The position numbers and the translations under genes are program-made. Below are positions 26,277 to 40,414 of a stretch of DNA of 64,000 bases, piece by piece (the first letter of the stretch is position 1; each line of letters opens with the position of its first letter). The stretch lies in NCBI RefSeq assembly GCF_009914755.1, contig NC_060935.1. The stretch is one strand, 5' to 3'. The notes under the pieces were generated by a model. That model searched no databases, was not told where the DNA came from, and saw nothing but the letters and a program-made list of their open reading frames with translations. Origin of the DNA: the human T2T-CHM13v2.0 reference genome, Homo sapiens.

Positions 26277-28384
26277 AACAAAGAAATTATTGCTTAGCTT
26301 TGAGTCTCAAAGCTGACTTTCCTATGTCTCTAGAAAGACAATAGTATTAAAAATTAGGCTTTTTTCATTGAGAAAATTTCTAAGTAGAACAACTTCTCTT
26401 TGCTTATGTAGTGAAAAGCTTACTGGTCTGAAGGTAGAATTTTATTAAGAGCCAAGGTATGGAGAATGTATAGAATTCCCTCAGAGACAGGAGGGAGAAA
26501 TGCTGAGTGCATAGCCCTTCCAGTCCTGAGAGAAGAGGAGAAAGAGAGAGACACACAAATGACCTTGCATTTCCCCTTCATGGTGGGAGTACCTGGAAAA
26601 TGGGGAGAAGAAATCAAGGAAAGGATAATTTTCTTTCCTAGGAACACTTCATTATAGCAGGTCTTCCTTTCTGATGCTGAGAACACAGTCCTGAAAACTG
26701 CTAGCCCTGAAAAGAAGTTCCACATTTTCCCTGGTACCATATTCAAGAAGGTGCCAAAGCAGTGGAGCAGCAATGGCTACAGCATGGCTCTACATGGTAT
26801 GAAGAAAGGAGCTGGAGTTCCCAGGCTCCTCAGATGGCTTGGAGGAAAGAACTAGTGAATCGGAATAGGGCTGTGGCTTCCATCAAGGAGGCTACAGAGT
26901 GAAAAGTCCTCTCAGGTCTTCAGAAGTAAGGAGAGCCAGCACAAACTTAAACAGTGGGTGCTGGCATTATAACTTGATAACCAGCTGTGCTTTTGGACAA
27001 AGGATTTTGAATTAACTGAATATTTTTCACAAAAAGACTATTTCAGACCACTAGAAGCTGGTGGGAATGGTCTCTTGAAAGCAAGATAAGCTACAGCAAA
27101 TAAACAAAATGTTAGTTTTTGCACACTCAATAATAAAATGTCATTCACCTTATACATCAACAGACCTTCTTACTGAATTTATTATTCACTCTTTTGAGAG
27201 TACTAGATATATAATAAACATGTAACAAAGATGTTTAAAACTTACTTCGAAATGTGCCTCAAAAAATCTATTCAACTTGTAATCTTTTGCATACCAGTTT
27301 ATGGTCTCTTACCTTTAGGTTTAAAATCCATAGCTTATGTGATTTTAGTTTAATTTATAGCAAGGTACTGAGCAAGTGTTATTAGCCAATAGCTGTGCTG
27401 AAATCCTAGCATATTATCAATGTGCTGGAATATTGTTATTAATACAATATTTAATATTTAAAACTTATTAATATTAAATATATTTAATAAATTTGATAAA
27501 TTAAAAATCTTGCTTATTAACAAAAACTTCTCGTCTTGGCCTTTTTCTGCTGCCAAATAATTCCTTTTATACTCCTTTAGATGAAATATTTTGCTAATGA
27601 AATTTACCCCTTTTTCCCTTCTTTTCTCTGAGGACTCACGATTTTTATGGACAATGAAAATTATACTTTGTTTATAACTCTGTTTCTTTATTCTCTCCCC
27701 ATTTGTTGTTGAGTCCCTATTCTATCTCTTCCTTGTACACATTCGTGCTTAATTTTCTATCTTGTTCTCTTTTGTTTCCATATTAAGATTGACCTTTTAA
27801 AGACCTTTCATACTTAATCTGTTTTCTCTTTTGGGCACTGAATTACTTTCCTTAAAGATTTTCCTTGGAATTAAAAAAATGTGTAATATAAATTTATTGT
27901 CATTATTTAGTTCTTCCAGACCGAAATAACCCAAGACCAGGTGTTTCCATTTTCAAAATTTGTTTGTACCTCCACGTTTTTACAGTTACCCTCAGAGCTT
28001 TAATTTCACACCACTCCCTGGCTCCTTCTGCCTCCACTCCCATTCCAGCTAGACTCCAGCCCAATTTGATGTTCTTAATCATCTTGCTAATTAATCCTTA
28101 ATATGCCCCACATCGTTTTTCTTTAAGACATATTAATAGTTCAAAGACCATGTTCTTCAAGAAGTTTGGCTAAGTCTGCCTTTCTTTAAAGCTGACAGTA
28201 TGAAATTTCATCTACATTTTGTATTCTGTATACTTTTATAACTCAGCAATTATATATTTCTGAGAACCATCATATTGTCCTGCTTCCTCTTCTCATCCCA
28301 GCATATCAGTTTATCTCTGTATGAATCTAGATTTCCATCTCCATCTAAGGCTACTGGATGTACTTCTGGATCTTGAGATGGTTT

Positions 28385-28905
28385 TAAGACATATTGGCAA
28401 AATTTTGGACATTCCTCCACAAGAGTTGGCTGAATTGGATTCCCTCCCCTTGAATCTTGGGCCAGCCTTAGTGACTCACTTCTAGTCTGTTGGATGAGAA
28501 GCAGCATGGCTATAAAGGTTAGGTTAGGAAAGGCAATTCAGCTTCTGCCTGTTACCCTTTCTTGAGACACATGTCTTGGGAGCCCTCAGTTGACACATGA
28601 GAAATCTGTCTATCCTAAAGCTTTGCACTGGAGAGACCACATATAGAGGCCACACAGAGATGCAAAGACCCAAGGAACTCCAGCTGTCCCAGCCCCCAAC
28701 AGTTTGAGTCTTCCCAGTGTCAACCGCCAGACACAAGGGAACAGAAACTTCAGATGATTTCAGCCCAGTTTTCAAGCTGCCCCAGATGACTGAACGGGAC
28801 AGAAATTAGGTGTCCCTTCTGAGTCCTGCCCAGATTGCATATCTGTGAGCAAAGTAATATATGTTGTATATTTCCACTGTAGTTATTATGAGCTACAGTC
28901 ACTGA
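28385..28905 (+). mobile_element. MLT1G/H-like MaLR LTR
   Basis: 'cctccccttgaatct.ggcc.gcctt.gtgact' and 'ctgagtcctgcccagattgca...gtgagcaaa'. Confidence 0.65.
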
Positions 28906-29123
28906 CTTCTCAGCTCAGAGAGATTACTCTGCTCTGCTGGGCTTGACCATGAAATGTGCCTGCATGGAGAACGTCCAGGTAAACATGATACTCATGTGTG
29001 CCAATCACAACCCTGCACTTTTGTATTGTTGCTTATGGCAAAAAGGTGAGTTCACTACCAGTTACAACATGGTAACCAGAAGTGGAGACTTCATTAAAGT
29101 AAATTTATAAAGTGTTCATTTAC

Positions 29124-29422
29124 TTTTGTTTTGTTTTGTTTTTTGAGAGTCTTGCTCTGTCACCCAGGCTGGAGTGCGGTGGCACAATCTCGGGTTGCTG
29201 CAACCTCTGCCTCCTGGGTTCAAGTGGTTCTCCTGCTTCAGCCCCCCAAGTACCTGGGACTGCAGATGTGCACTACCATGACCAGCTAATTTTTGTGTTT
29301 TTAGTAGAGATGGGGTTTCACCATTTTGGCCAGACTTGTCTCAAACTCCTGACCTCAAGTGATCCACCTGCCTTGACCTCCCAAAGTGCTGGGATTACAG
29401 GGATGAGCCACCATGCCCAGCT
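29124..29422 (-). mobile_element. AluS (Sz/Sx-like)
   Basis: Antisense Alu dimer; TSD tgttcattta at 29113-29122 / 29426-29435. Confidence 0.9.
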
Positions 29423-29499
29423 GAATGTTCATTTATTTTGATGGAGATAAAATTCAAAAAAGAAATCTACTGGGCAGGAAAAAGATATACCATGGAGTG

Positions 29500-30955
<1,456 letters not shown>

Positions 30956-33900
30956 TATTATAGGAGATTGCAGAAAGAGTTCTTAGTAATTTTAATCACA
31001 TAAAATTGTTTACTTTTTGTTTTCACCCTGAAAAGTGGTAATAAATAAGATGTGGAAATTTATTTTCCTCCTAAAGAGATATGAAATACGTTAGAGTTTA
31101 CTAAAATATGAAGGTCACTTTGGCATTTTTATATACTCTTTAACATTTTATAATCATTTATGTAAAACTTTAATGTACAATGTTCTTAATTCCGTTTTTT
31201 AATTGACAAAATTGTACATATTCATGGGGTACATAGTAATGTTTTGATACATATATTATATTGGGATCAGATCACAGTAATTAGCATATCCAATATCTCA
31301 AACATTTTTCATTTGTTTGTTTTGGTAATGTTCAGTATACACCTTCTAGCAATTTGAAACTATATATTATTGTAACTATATTCATCCTACAGTGCTATAG
31401 AACACTAGACTTTATTCTTCCTATCTAGCTGTAATTTTGTATCCTTTAACAAATGTCTGCATATTCCTCCCTTCGCCTTGTCCTTCCTAGCCTCATCTTC
31501 TGTCCTACTTTTTATTTCTATGAGATAAACTTTTATTTATTTATTTATTTATTTATTTATTTTTGGCTTTCACGTATGAGTGAGAACATGCAGTATTTAA
31601 CTTTCTGTTCCTGGTTTATTTCATCAATATAATTTCCTCCAATTCCATCCATGTTCCTGAGAATGACAAAATTCATTCTTTCTTATGATTGAATAGTATT
31701 CCATTTTGTATATATGTTTCATTTTCTTTATTTATCTGTCATTGGAAACCTAGTTTCATTTACTATCTTAAATTCCCACCCATTTCATATCTTACATTCC
31801 CACCAACAGTGTATGCGTTCCCTTTTCTCTGCATTCTCACCAGCATTTATTATTTTTTGTATTTTTAATAATAGCCATCCCAACTGGGGTGAGATGATAC
31901 CTCACTGTGGTTTTGATTTGCATTTCCCTGACAATAAGTGATGCTGTTTTCATATGTTTATTGGGCACTTATATGTCTTTTTTTCAAAAATGTATTTTCA
32001 GATTATTTTCATATTTGTTAATTGGATTTTTTTTCCTTTTGACATGTTTGTATTCTTGGTATATTCTGGATATTAACCCCTGGTTGATGAGTACTTTGCA
32101 AATATCTTCTCCCATTGTGTAGGTTGTCTTCTCACTTTGTTGATTGTTTCCTTTGTTATGTAGAAGCTTTTAAAATATATATATATATATAATCCTGTTT
32201 ATTTTTGCTTTGGTTGCCTGTACTTTTGAAGTCTTATAAAATCTTTGCCCGGACAAATGTCCTGAAGCATGTCCTCTGCTTTCTTCCAGTAGTTTTATCA
32301 TTTCAGGTCTTCCGTTTAGGTTTTTGATCCATTTTGAGTTGACTTTTGTGTAGGATGAGAGGCTTGAGTCTAGTTTCATTCTTCTGCATATGGAAATGCA
32401 GTTTTCCCAACACCATTTATTGACTGTCACTTCCCTGCAGTGAGTGTTCTTGGTGCCTTTGTTAAAAATCAATAGGCTGAAGATATATGGATTAATTTCT
32501 GGGTTCTCTATTCTATTCTATTGGTCTATGTGTCTGTTTTTATACCATGCTGTTTTAGTTACTGTAACTTTGTAGTATACTTTCAGTTTTGGTAGTGTGA
32601 AACCTTCAACTTTGTTCTTGCTCCAGATTGCTTTGGCTATTCAGCGTCTTTTGTGGTTTCATGCAAATTTTAGGACATTTTTCTATTTCTGTGAAGAAAG
32701 TTATTGATATTTTGATAGGGATTACATTGAATATGTAGATTGCTTTGGGTTTATCTGCCATTTTAACAATATTAATTCTTCTCATTCATGGGTATTTGGT
32801 ATTTTTCCATTTGTTTGTGTCCTCTTTAATTTCCTTCTCAGTGCTCTGTAGTTTTCCTTATAGAGGTCTTTCATTTCCTTGGTTAAATTGATTTCTAAGT
32901 ATTATTTTTGTAGCTATTATAAATGGAATTGCCTTCTTAATTTATTTCTTAGCTAGTTTGTTGTTCATGTATAGAAATGCTACTGATTTTGTATATTAAT
33001 TTTGTATCCTGCAAATTCAGTGAGTTTGTATACCAGTTCTAAGAGTTTTTTGGATGAGTCTTTAGGTTTTTCTGTATATAAGATCATGTCATCTGCAAAC
33101 AAGGACAATTTGACTTCCTGCTTTTCATTTTGGATGCTTTTATTTATTTCTCTTGCCTGATTTCTCTGGCTAGGACCTCTATGTTGAATAACAGTGATGA
33201 GAGTGGGTATCTTTGTTTTTGTTCTAGGTTTTAGAAGAAAAGCTTGAAGCTCTTGGTAGCTGTGGGTTTGTAATACATGGCCTTTATAATGTTGATATAC
33301 TTTCCTTCTATACCAAATTTATTAAGACTTCTTATCAGAAAAGATGTTGAATATTTTTATAAGCTTCTTTTTTGTGTCTGTTGAGATGATCATATGGTTT
33401 CTCTTCTTCATTCTGTTAGTGTGATATATGACATTTATTTATTTGTGTATGTTGAACCACCTTCCAATCCTGGGATAAATCCCACTCAACGACAGTGTAT
33501 TATCTTTTTGCTATGTAGCCAGATTCAGTTTGTTAGTATTTTGTTGAGGATTCTTGCATCTATTTTCATCAGAGATATTGGACTGTAGTTTTTTGTTTTG
33601 TCTTTATCTAGTTTTGATATCAGGGTTATGCTGTCCTCATAGAATGAGTTAGGAATAATCTCCTCTGTTTCAATTTTTTAATATAATTTGAGAGTTGATA
33701 TTAATTTTTCTTTAAAGGTTAAGTACAGTTTAGCAGTGAAGCCATCCAGTTCTGGAGTTTACTTTGTTGGAAGACTTTTTATTATTGATTCAATTGCATT
33801 ACTTGCTATTGGTCTATTTAGGTTTTCTATTTCTTTTTGGTTCAATCTTGATCAGTTGTCTGTGTCCAGGAATTTATCCATTTTCCCTAGGTTTTCAAAT

Positions 33901-36446
33901 TCATTGTCAAATAATTGTTTATAGTAGTCTATAATGGTTCTTTGTATTTCTGTGGTATCTGTTGTGACACCTCTCTTCTCTGATTTTATTTATTTGGGTC
34001 ATCTCTCTTTTTGCTTAATCTAGCTAATGGTTTGTCAATGTTGTTTCTTTTTTTAAATCAGCTTTTATGTTGATCTTTTGTATTGTTTATTCTATTCTCA
34101 ATTTCATTAATTTCTGATGTGATCTTTCTCATTTATTTCCTTCTACTAATTTTGGGTTTGGCTTGTTCTTGCTTTTCTACTCCCTTGAGGTGCATCGTTA
34201 GATCACTTACTTGAAGTCTTTCCAGTTTTTTGATGTAGACATTTATTGCTATAAACTTTGCCTCCTAAAATACTGTTTTTGCTGTGTACCATAGGTTTTG
34301 TTATGTTGTGCTTCTATTTTCATTTATTTCAAGAATTTTAAAATTTTATTTTTAATTTCTTCCTTCACCCAATGGTCATTTAGGAGCATGTTGTTTAATT
34401 TCAATATATTTGTATAGTTTGAAATGTTCCTCTTGCTATTGATATCTGGATTTATTCCACTGTGGTCATATAAAGTACCTGATATGATTCGATTTTTAAG
34501 CATTTTTTGAAGCTTGCATTATTTCTTAAGAGGTGGTCAATCCTGAAGAATATTCCATGTGCTGACAAAAATAATATGTATTCTCAATTTAAGTCATCTC
34601 CCAAAAGAGGATTTTTCAGGGAAGAAACAGATCATTTAATTAAAAACCTTCTGGGCAAGAGAATTAGCAAACTTATTAATTCTCCTGATCTCCAAGATAA
34701 CTTTCAAGAGTTCTATGACAGCTGGCCTAGCAAGCCTGCTGACTACCATGGTTTGTTGTTACCGCCTATCGAGGGGCAGGAAATCAAAGTCTGGGCCCAG
34801 CGCTCTCTGCGTTGGATTCCAGAAGCCCAAATCCTAGGTGGTGGCCGAGTGGCCAGTATGAGCAAACTCTTGTAAATGATGGAGGAAGTCCAGAGTTTAC
34901 AAGAGAAGGTCAATGAGAGACACCACAGCCAGCAGGCCCCCAAGGCTGAGGCCCCCTGCCTGCTGAGGAACTCTTCCCACCTGTCCTCTTTGTTTCCTTT
35001 TGCTCTGCTCCAGCGACATTCCTCTAAGCCGGTCTTACCCACCAGTGGCTGAAAAGCTTTGGAAGATGAAGATGATCTGGCCAAAAGAGAAGATGAGTTC
35101 ATGGACCTAGGGGATATGTGACCTGTTTATTGAGTGATTGTGAAAGAGGAATGTGGGAGATTGGGACAGCTGATCCCCGGATTCATGTCACGCTGCAGCT
35201 AATGCTGGCTGGATCCTTAGCCTGGCACTCTGTTGGAATAAACCTGGGTCTTTGGGAAAAGAGGTGGCTCTCATTATTTTTCATGGTTCTAAAAGACTAT
35301 GCATTCAAAACCACATCTGTAGTATTATTAATTGGAAGGAATTATTACTTGACCCGTAATAGGGTTATGACTGTTTTCTGATGCCTAAGTATTATACAGA
35401 GCCCACAATGGCCAGTTTACTACCAGAAAGGGCTTCAGTAAGATATTCTTGGTCTTGATACTTTCTTCAGATCCACTTTGTGACAAGATAATTTATCCAG
35501 TCATTGGGAATAGTAAACGTCTGTGTAACCTATCTCAATTATAAAGGCAAGTTCAGCTTTACACATTTGTATGGTAAGTTGAAGATTCAGGTAGAGGTAT
35601 TAAGATGTGTGGCATTTACTTAAACAGTCACATTTTTCCTTTCTACGCCCCCTTGCCTGTAAAACAGCTACAAAATTTCACTGGTGTCATCCATCCTTAA
35701 GTTTCAGACCGCCCTCCCTCCTTCATGGACTGTGTCACTTTGCCTGTGGGTGGGGGCTAGCCAGCCACCACCCTCTTTTCTGTGTTGCCAGCCCCAGGTC
35801 TTCCTCCACCTGCTCCACACCACTTCCCACTGTCCATCTGCACTCCCTGACTCCATGTGGGTAGTCCCAGTGTCTCACTGCTAAACCTGTTGGTTATGCT
35901 GGGGGGATCTCTTTCTTTGCCTGAGGAGCTTCCCTTCCTCTGAAGTCTGTTGGTGTTTGGATCAAATTGCTTCGCCTTTTTCTACTCACCTGCTGAGGCT
36001 TTGGAGCACTTGTGATTGTGGTTTTCTGCAGCAACTCCTGAGCCGAGTTCCTCGCATTCTTTTACCTTTACGGACTGATGGGATTGGGTCACTTTTGAAT
36101 GTGGCTTTCATAGGAAAGCAGTTTAAACATAAATATCAGAAGTGATGATTATCATATGATACTTCAGTGATTTTAAAAGCCATAGAAGAAACTTGAGTAT
36201 GCCTGGTCACCTTCTTGGATCTGCTGTCTAAATTATATATATATTTTACTGCAGGAAAGTATACTTCGTAAGGAGTAGTTTTTATTTATTTGTTTATTTG
36301 GTTCTCAGTGGAACCCTGTCAAATCCCATAAAAGCGGAAAAAAACAAAACTCATTAGAGTGTTTTAAATTGAATGTTTGCCTTTTACATATATTTGCTCT
36401 TCAGCATGGTTCCTAATTTGAATGTTACATGTTTAGAAAAATTTTC

Positions 36447-36860
<414 letters not shown>

Positions 36861-36875
36861 TTAATAGGAACAAAG

Positions 36876-38014
36876 TATTGGGGGAACCTGTCCCCAATAT
36901 TTCAATGTAGGTTCTTTCTATTTTCCATAAGTGTCAGCCGGCTGAGAAATAAAGAGAGACAGTACAAAGAGAGGAATTTTACAGCTGGGCTGCCAAGGGT
37001 GACATCACATATCAGTAGGACAGTGATGCCTACCTGAGTCTCAGACCAGCAAGTTTTTATTAAGTGTTTCAAAAGCGGGGGGGGGTGTAAGAACAGAGAG
37101 TAGGTACAAAGATTACATGCTTCAAAGAACAAAAAGCAGAACCACTGATAAGGGTCTAACAAAGATCACATGCTTCTGAGGGAACAGAGCAAAGGGCAAA
37201 AGCAGAACCACTGATAAGGGTCGAACAAAGATCACAGGGCAAAGGGCAAAAGCAGAACAACTGTTAAAGGTACAACAAAGATCACAGGGCAAAGGGCAAA
37301 AGCAGAACCACTGATAAGGGTCTATGTTCAATAATGCATGTGTTGTCTTGATAAACATCTTAAACAATAGGAAATAGGGTTCAAAAGCAGAGAACAGGTC
37401 TGACCACAGATATACCAGGGTTGAGTTTTCCCATCCCTAGTAAGCCTGAGGGTTTTGCAGGAGACTAGGGCTTATCTCAGTCCTTATCTCAACTGCACAA
37501 TACAGACATTCCCAGAGCGGCCATTTATAGACCTCCCCCCAGGAACGCATTCTTTTTCCAGGGTATTAATATTCACATTCCTTGCTAGGAAAAGAATTTA
37601 GCAATATGTTTCCTACTTGCATGTCCATTTATAGGCTCTCTGCAAGAAGAAAAATATGGCTCTTTTTGCCCGACCCTGCAGGCAGTCAGACCTTATGGTT
37701 GTCTTCTCTTATTCCATAAAAATCACTATTATTCTGTTCTTTTTCAAGATGCACTGATTTCATATTGTTCAAACACACATGTTTTACAATCAATTTCTAC
37801 AGGTGACACAATTATCACAGTGGTCCTGAGGTGACGTGCATCCTCAGCTTATGAAGATAACAGGATTAAGAGGTTAAACCAGGCATAAGAAATTATAAAA
37901 GTATTATTTGAGAACTGATAAATGTCCATATTAAGATGAAATCTTCACAATTTATGTTCCTCTGCCATGGCTCCAACCAGTCCCTCCACTCGGGGTCCCT
38001 GACTTCCCATAACA
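36876..38014 (-). mobile_element. 3' LTR (MER11, A-like), 1139 bp
   Basis: Minus-strand start tgttatgggaagtcagggacccc, preceded by PPT aaaagaaagggagaca; direct repeat of 45973-47051. Confidence 0.93.
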
Positions 38015-38070
38015 TGTCTCCCTTTCTTTTTATATAAATGTGCCATGGCGATGAAGGCTTGTTCATTCTC

Positions 38071-40414
38071 TCAGTTTTGATGCAGGATTCTTTGACTGGT
38101 CTGGCACACTAAAAACAAACCGATTAAACAGAGAAACATGATTCCAAAATGTACTACAGTGGAGCCCCCAAAAGACTTAATCCAAGTCGTGGGGTTTAGT
38201 CCAGAAAGACTTTCTGCCGCCTGATCTAACACCTCAGCTCCAGGCACAATGGATAAATGAGCTTGAGAGGCTTCAAAAATGTGTTTCTTTGATTTAGTTA
38301 TGTCCAAAGATAAATTATCTTCCCTACCCAGAAGGTGTCCTTTGACCATTTCCCATGAATGATCAGTCTCATTGTAGGAATATGGTGTGATACAGAAATC
38401 AGAAGTATTCCAATTGCACTGCATTTGCATGTGATGTTCAAGACTCATTAACCAATCTCCAAGCCAAATACCAGACTGTCTTAAATCATTAATTTGATTA
38501 GCTAATTTTTGATCAATGTCCTGTTGAGAATTCCATATTTGGGTGGAATTGGCTTGCCAATCATTAACAAAATGAGCCATTTGAATAGATTGGTGTAATG
38601 CCACTCCAGCAGTGGTGGCCAGTGCAGTGACTGTAATTAGGCCCATGATCACAGCGATTAAAGTGAAAACAAATCTCTTAGATCTTTTGAGAATTTGTTG
38701 TAACACTTCATTAATTAAATGTACTGATGGGGAAGATTCCCAAGGTCTGGGTAAAGTTACTGGTATCCAGATTCCCTCTTGAGTTTGAACCAACATTACA
38801 CTTTTCCTGAAGTCAAAACGGGAGTTAACACAAGTGTATAAATGACAATTAATGCATTGGACAGTTTGATTGCTCATCCAAATTTTGATGTTTCCCACTA
38901 ACAGCATGTAAGGAGGCGTAACACAACTCTGTATAGGAATAGTCAGGCTGGAGGTAAACAAAGCAGAATATTTGAATCTATGTTGATACTGAGGGGAAGG
39001 AGCGGTGGTGGCAATGCCCAATGTTCTCCACCGTAAAGAAGCAATCCAAAGTGCCCAGGGATGCCGAAGAGGTAGAGGGGCATACCTGGGTCGAGAAGAA
39101 TTATCATAATACCAATCAGAGCCCCATAAAGGAGGACTGGCATCAAAAAGAGGAAGAGGGTTCAAAGGGGATTTTTATCATGGGGTTCAGAATCACATAT
39201 GTGAGGGGCAGTAGTGGGGACAACAGACAGAAAAGTTTCCCCTTCTCATACTTGCAGTCCAGACATGGCAATAGCCAATTTTCAAAGTTCTGGGTGTTCT
39301 GGGCTCAGAATGGGGAATATCATATGAGGCCTCGGGGGAGTAATGCCCCTATCTTCCTATTTTAATGGAAAGAATGAGATGAACCTCCTATGCAAAGTAG
39401 GATGATGATCCTCATCCTCCCAATAAGAAATAAAATAAGTAGCCTCCAGGCATTCCCTTCTGCCAGAGGAGCAATTGTTTTTTAAATAGCCCTTTCGTGC
39501 CCAGTCTATTACTAAACCATATGAGTCATTTTTTAATACTACTGCATGTGAGTTAACACAGTCTTCCCAAATTAAAGTTTTAGATGGGCCCTCAAAATTT
39601 TTAGGACATGGTTTTCCTACAGGTTTGTATTGAAAGTATGGGGTATCTCCTATCACTCCCCCTTTCATTTGTCTTAAAGGAGAAAGGGAGAGGCCAGAGA
39701 ACAAATGTCCCTGTTCCCCTGTGGCTGATCTCTCCAGAAGGTAAGCAGCCTAGACTTGAGTTTCTAGATGGATACAACCAGGTGCATGTCCAAGGCACAG
39801 AGGAGGGTATTTATAACCCATAGTAACATTAAATGTAGTGCCGCCTTCTGGTTGAGTGGGGCAATGGTCATCTGTAGCTCCAGGCATCCACACACTATCA
39901 TTCGTATAGATTTCCACAGGAGCATCCATCCAGGTGAGAGGTCAAATAAGTGGAGGAAAAGGCACATAAGCCCAATAAGAATAATTTTATGTAGTAGGTG
40001 AATCAGTTTGAGGGGAAACTGGTGAGACAGAAAGTATAAAGAGGAGAATTATTAAATAAAACCTATTGTAACCGAGATCCACTGCTGAAGGAGGAAGAGA
40101 AGAAGAGGGGGATGTTATTTTCAGGTTAATAGAAATGGTGAGATTTTTAGGTTCATAAGAAGAAAAAGGGAATTAGGAGAAGTGGAATTAGTTAGAGGGG
40201 TCTCCGTTGCCATTAGGGAGGATTGAACCAGACCCATTTTGATTTGGCATGTCATTTTCTGAAGAGTTGGCACAGATCTCACCAGGTATGAGGGTGGTCT
40301 CTGATGTGGATGTCTCTTCCCTGTGCTTTTCATTGTCAGAATGCGCATGAAGTTTAAGTCTCCTACTGGGCACCCAGACAGGGGATTGATGATCTCCTGG
40401 TGAAACACAAGCAT
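38071..40414 (-). pseudogene. env: HML-8 env; SU disrupted, distal SU plus TM open for 364 codons (38071-39165)
   Basis: Furin site KRSKR, fusion peptide [19 protein letters not shown]7C loop CNWNTSDFC, membrane anchor [15 protein letters not shown]. Stops and frameshifts upstream of 39165. 5' boundary approximate. Confidence 0.9.

Noticed and set aside
26440-27155. Possible ancient Gypsy-like or other LTR (purine-rich, TG...CA-like ends)
   Set aside because: Resemblance too weak to name a family or define ends without a profile search.
27430-27520. AT-only quasi-palindromic stretch
   Set aside because: Low-complexity sequence; self-complementarity is expected by chance.
39245-39360. Three Trp-to-stop changes in HML-8 SU (plus gag ATG to ATA) suggesting APOBEC3 hypermutation
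   Set aside because: More than a dozen Trp codons in the adjacent env ORF and those in pro are intact, and other stops arise from C-to-T or transversions. Neutral decay is sufficient unless a Hypermut test against the HML-8 consensus shows otherwise.
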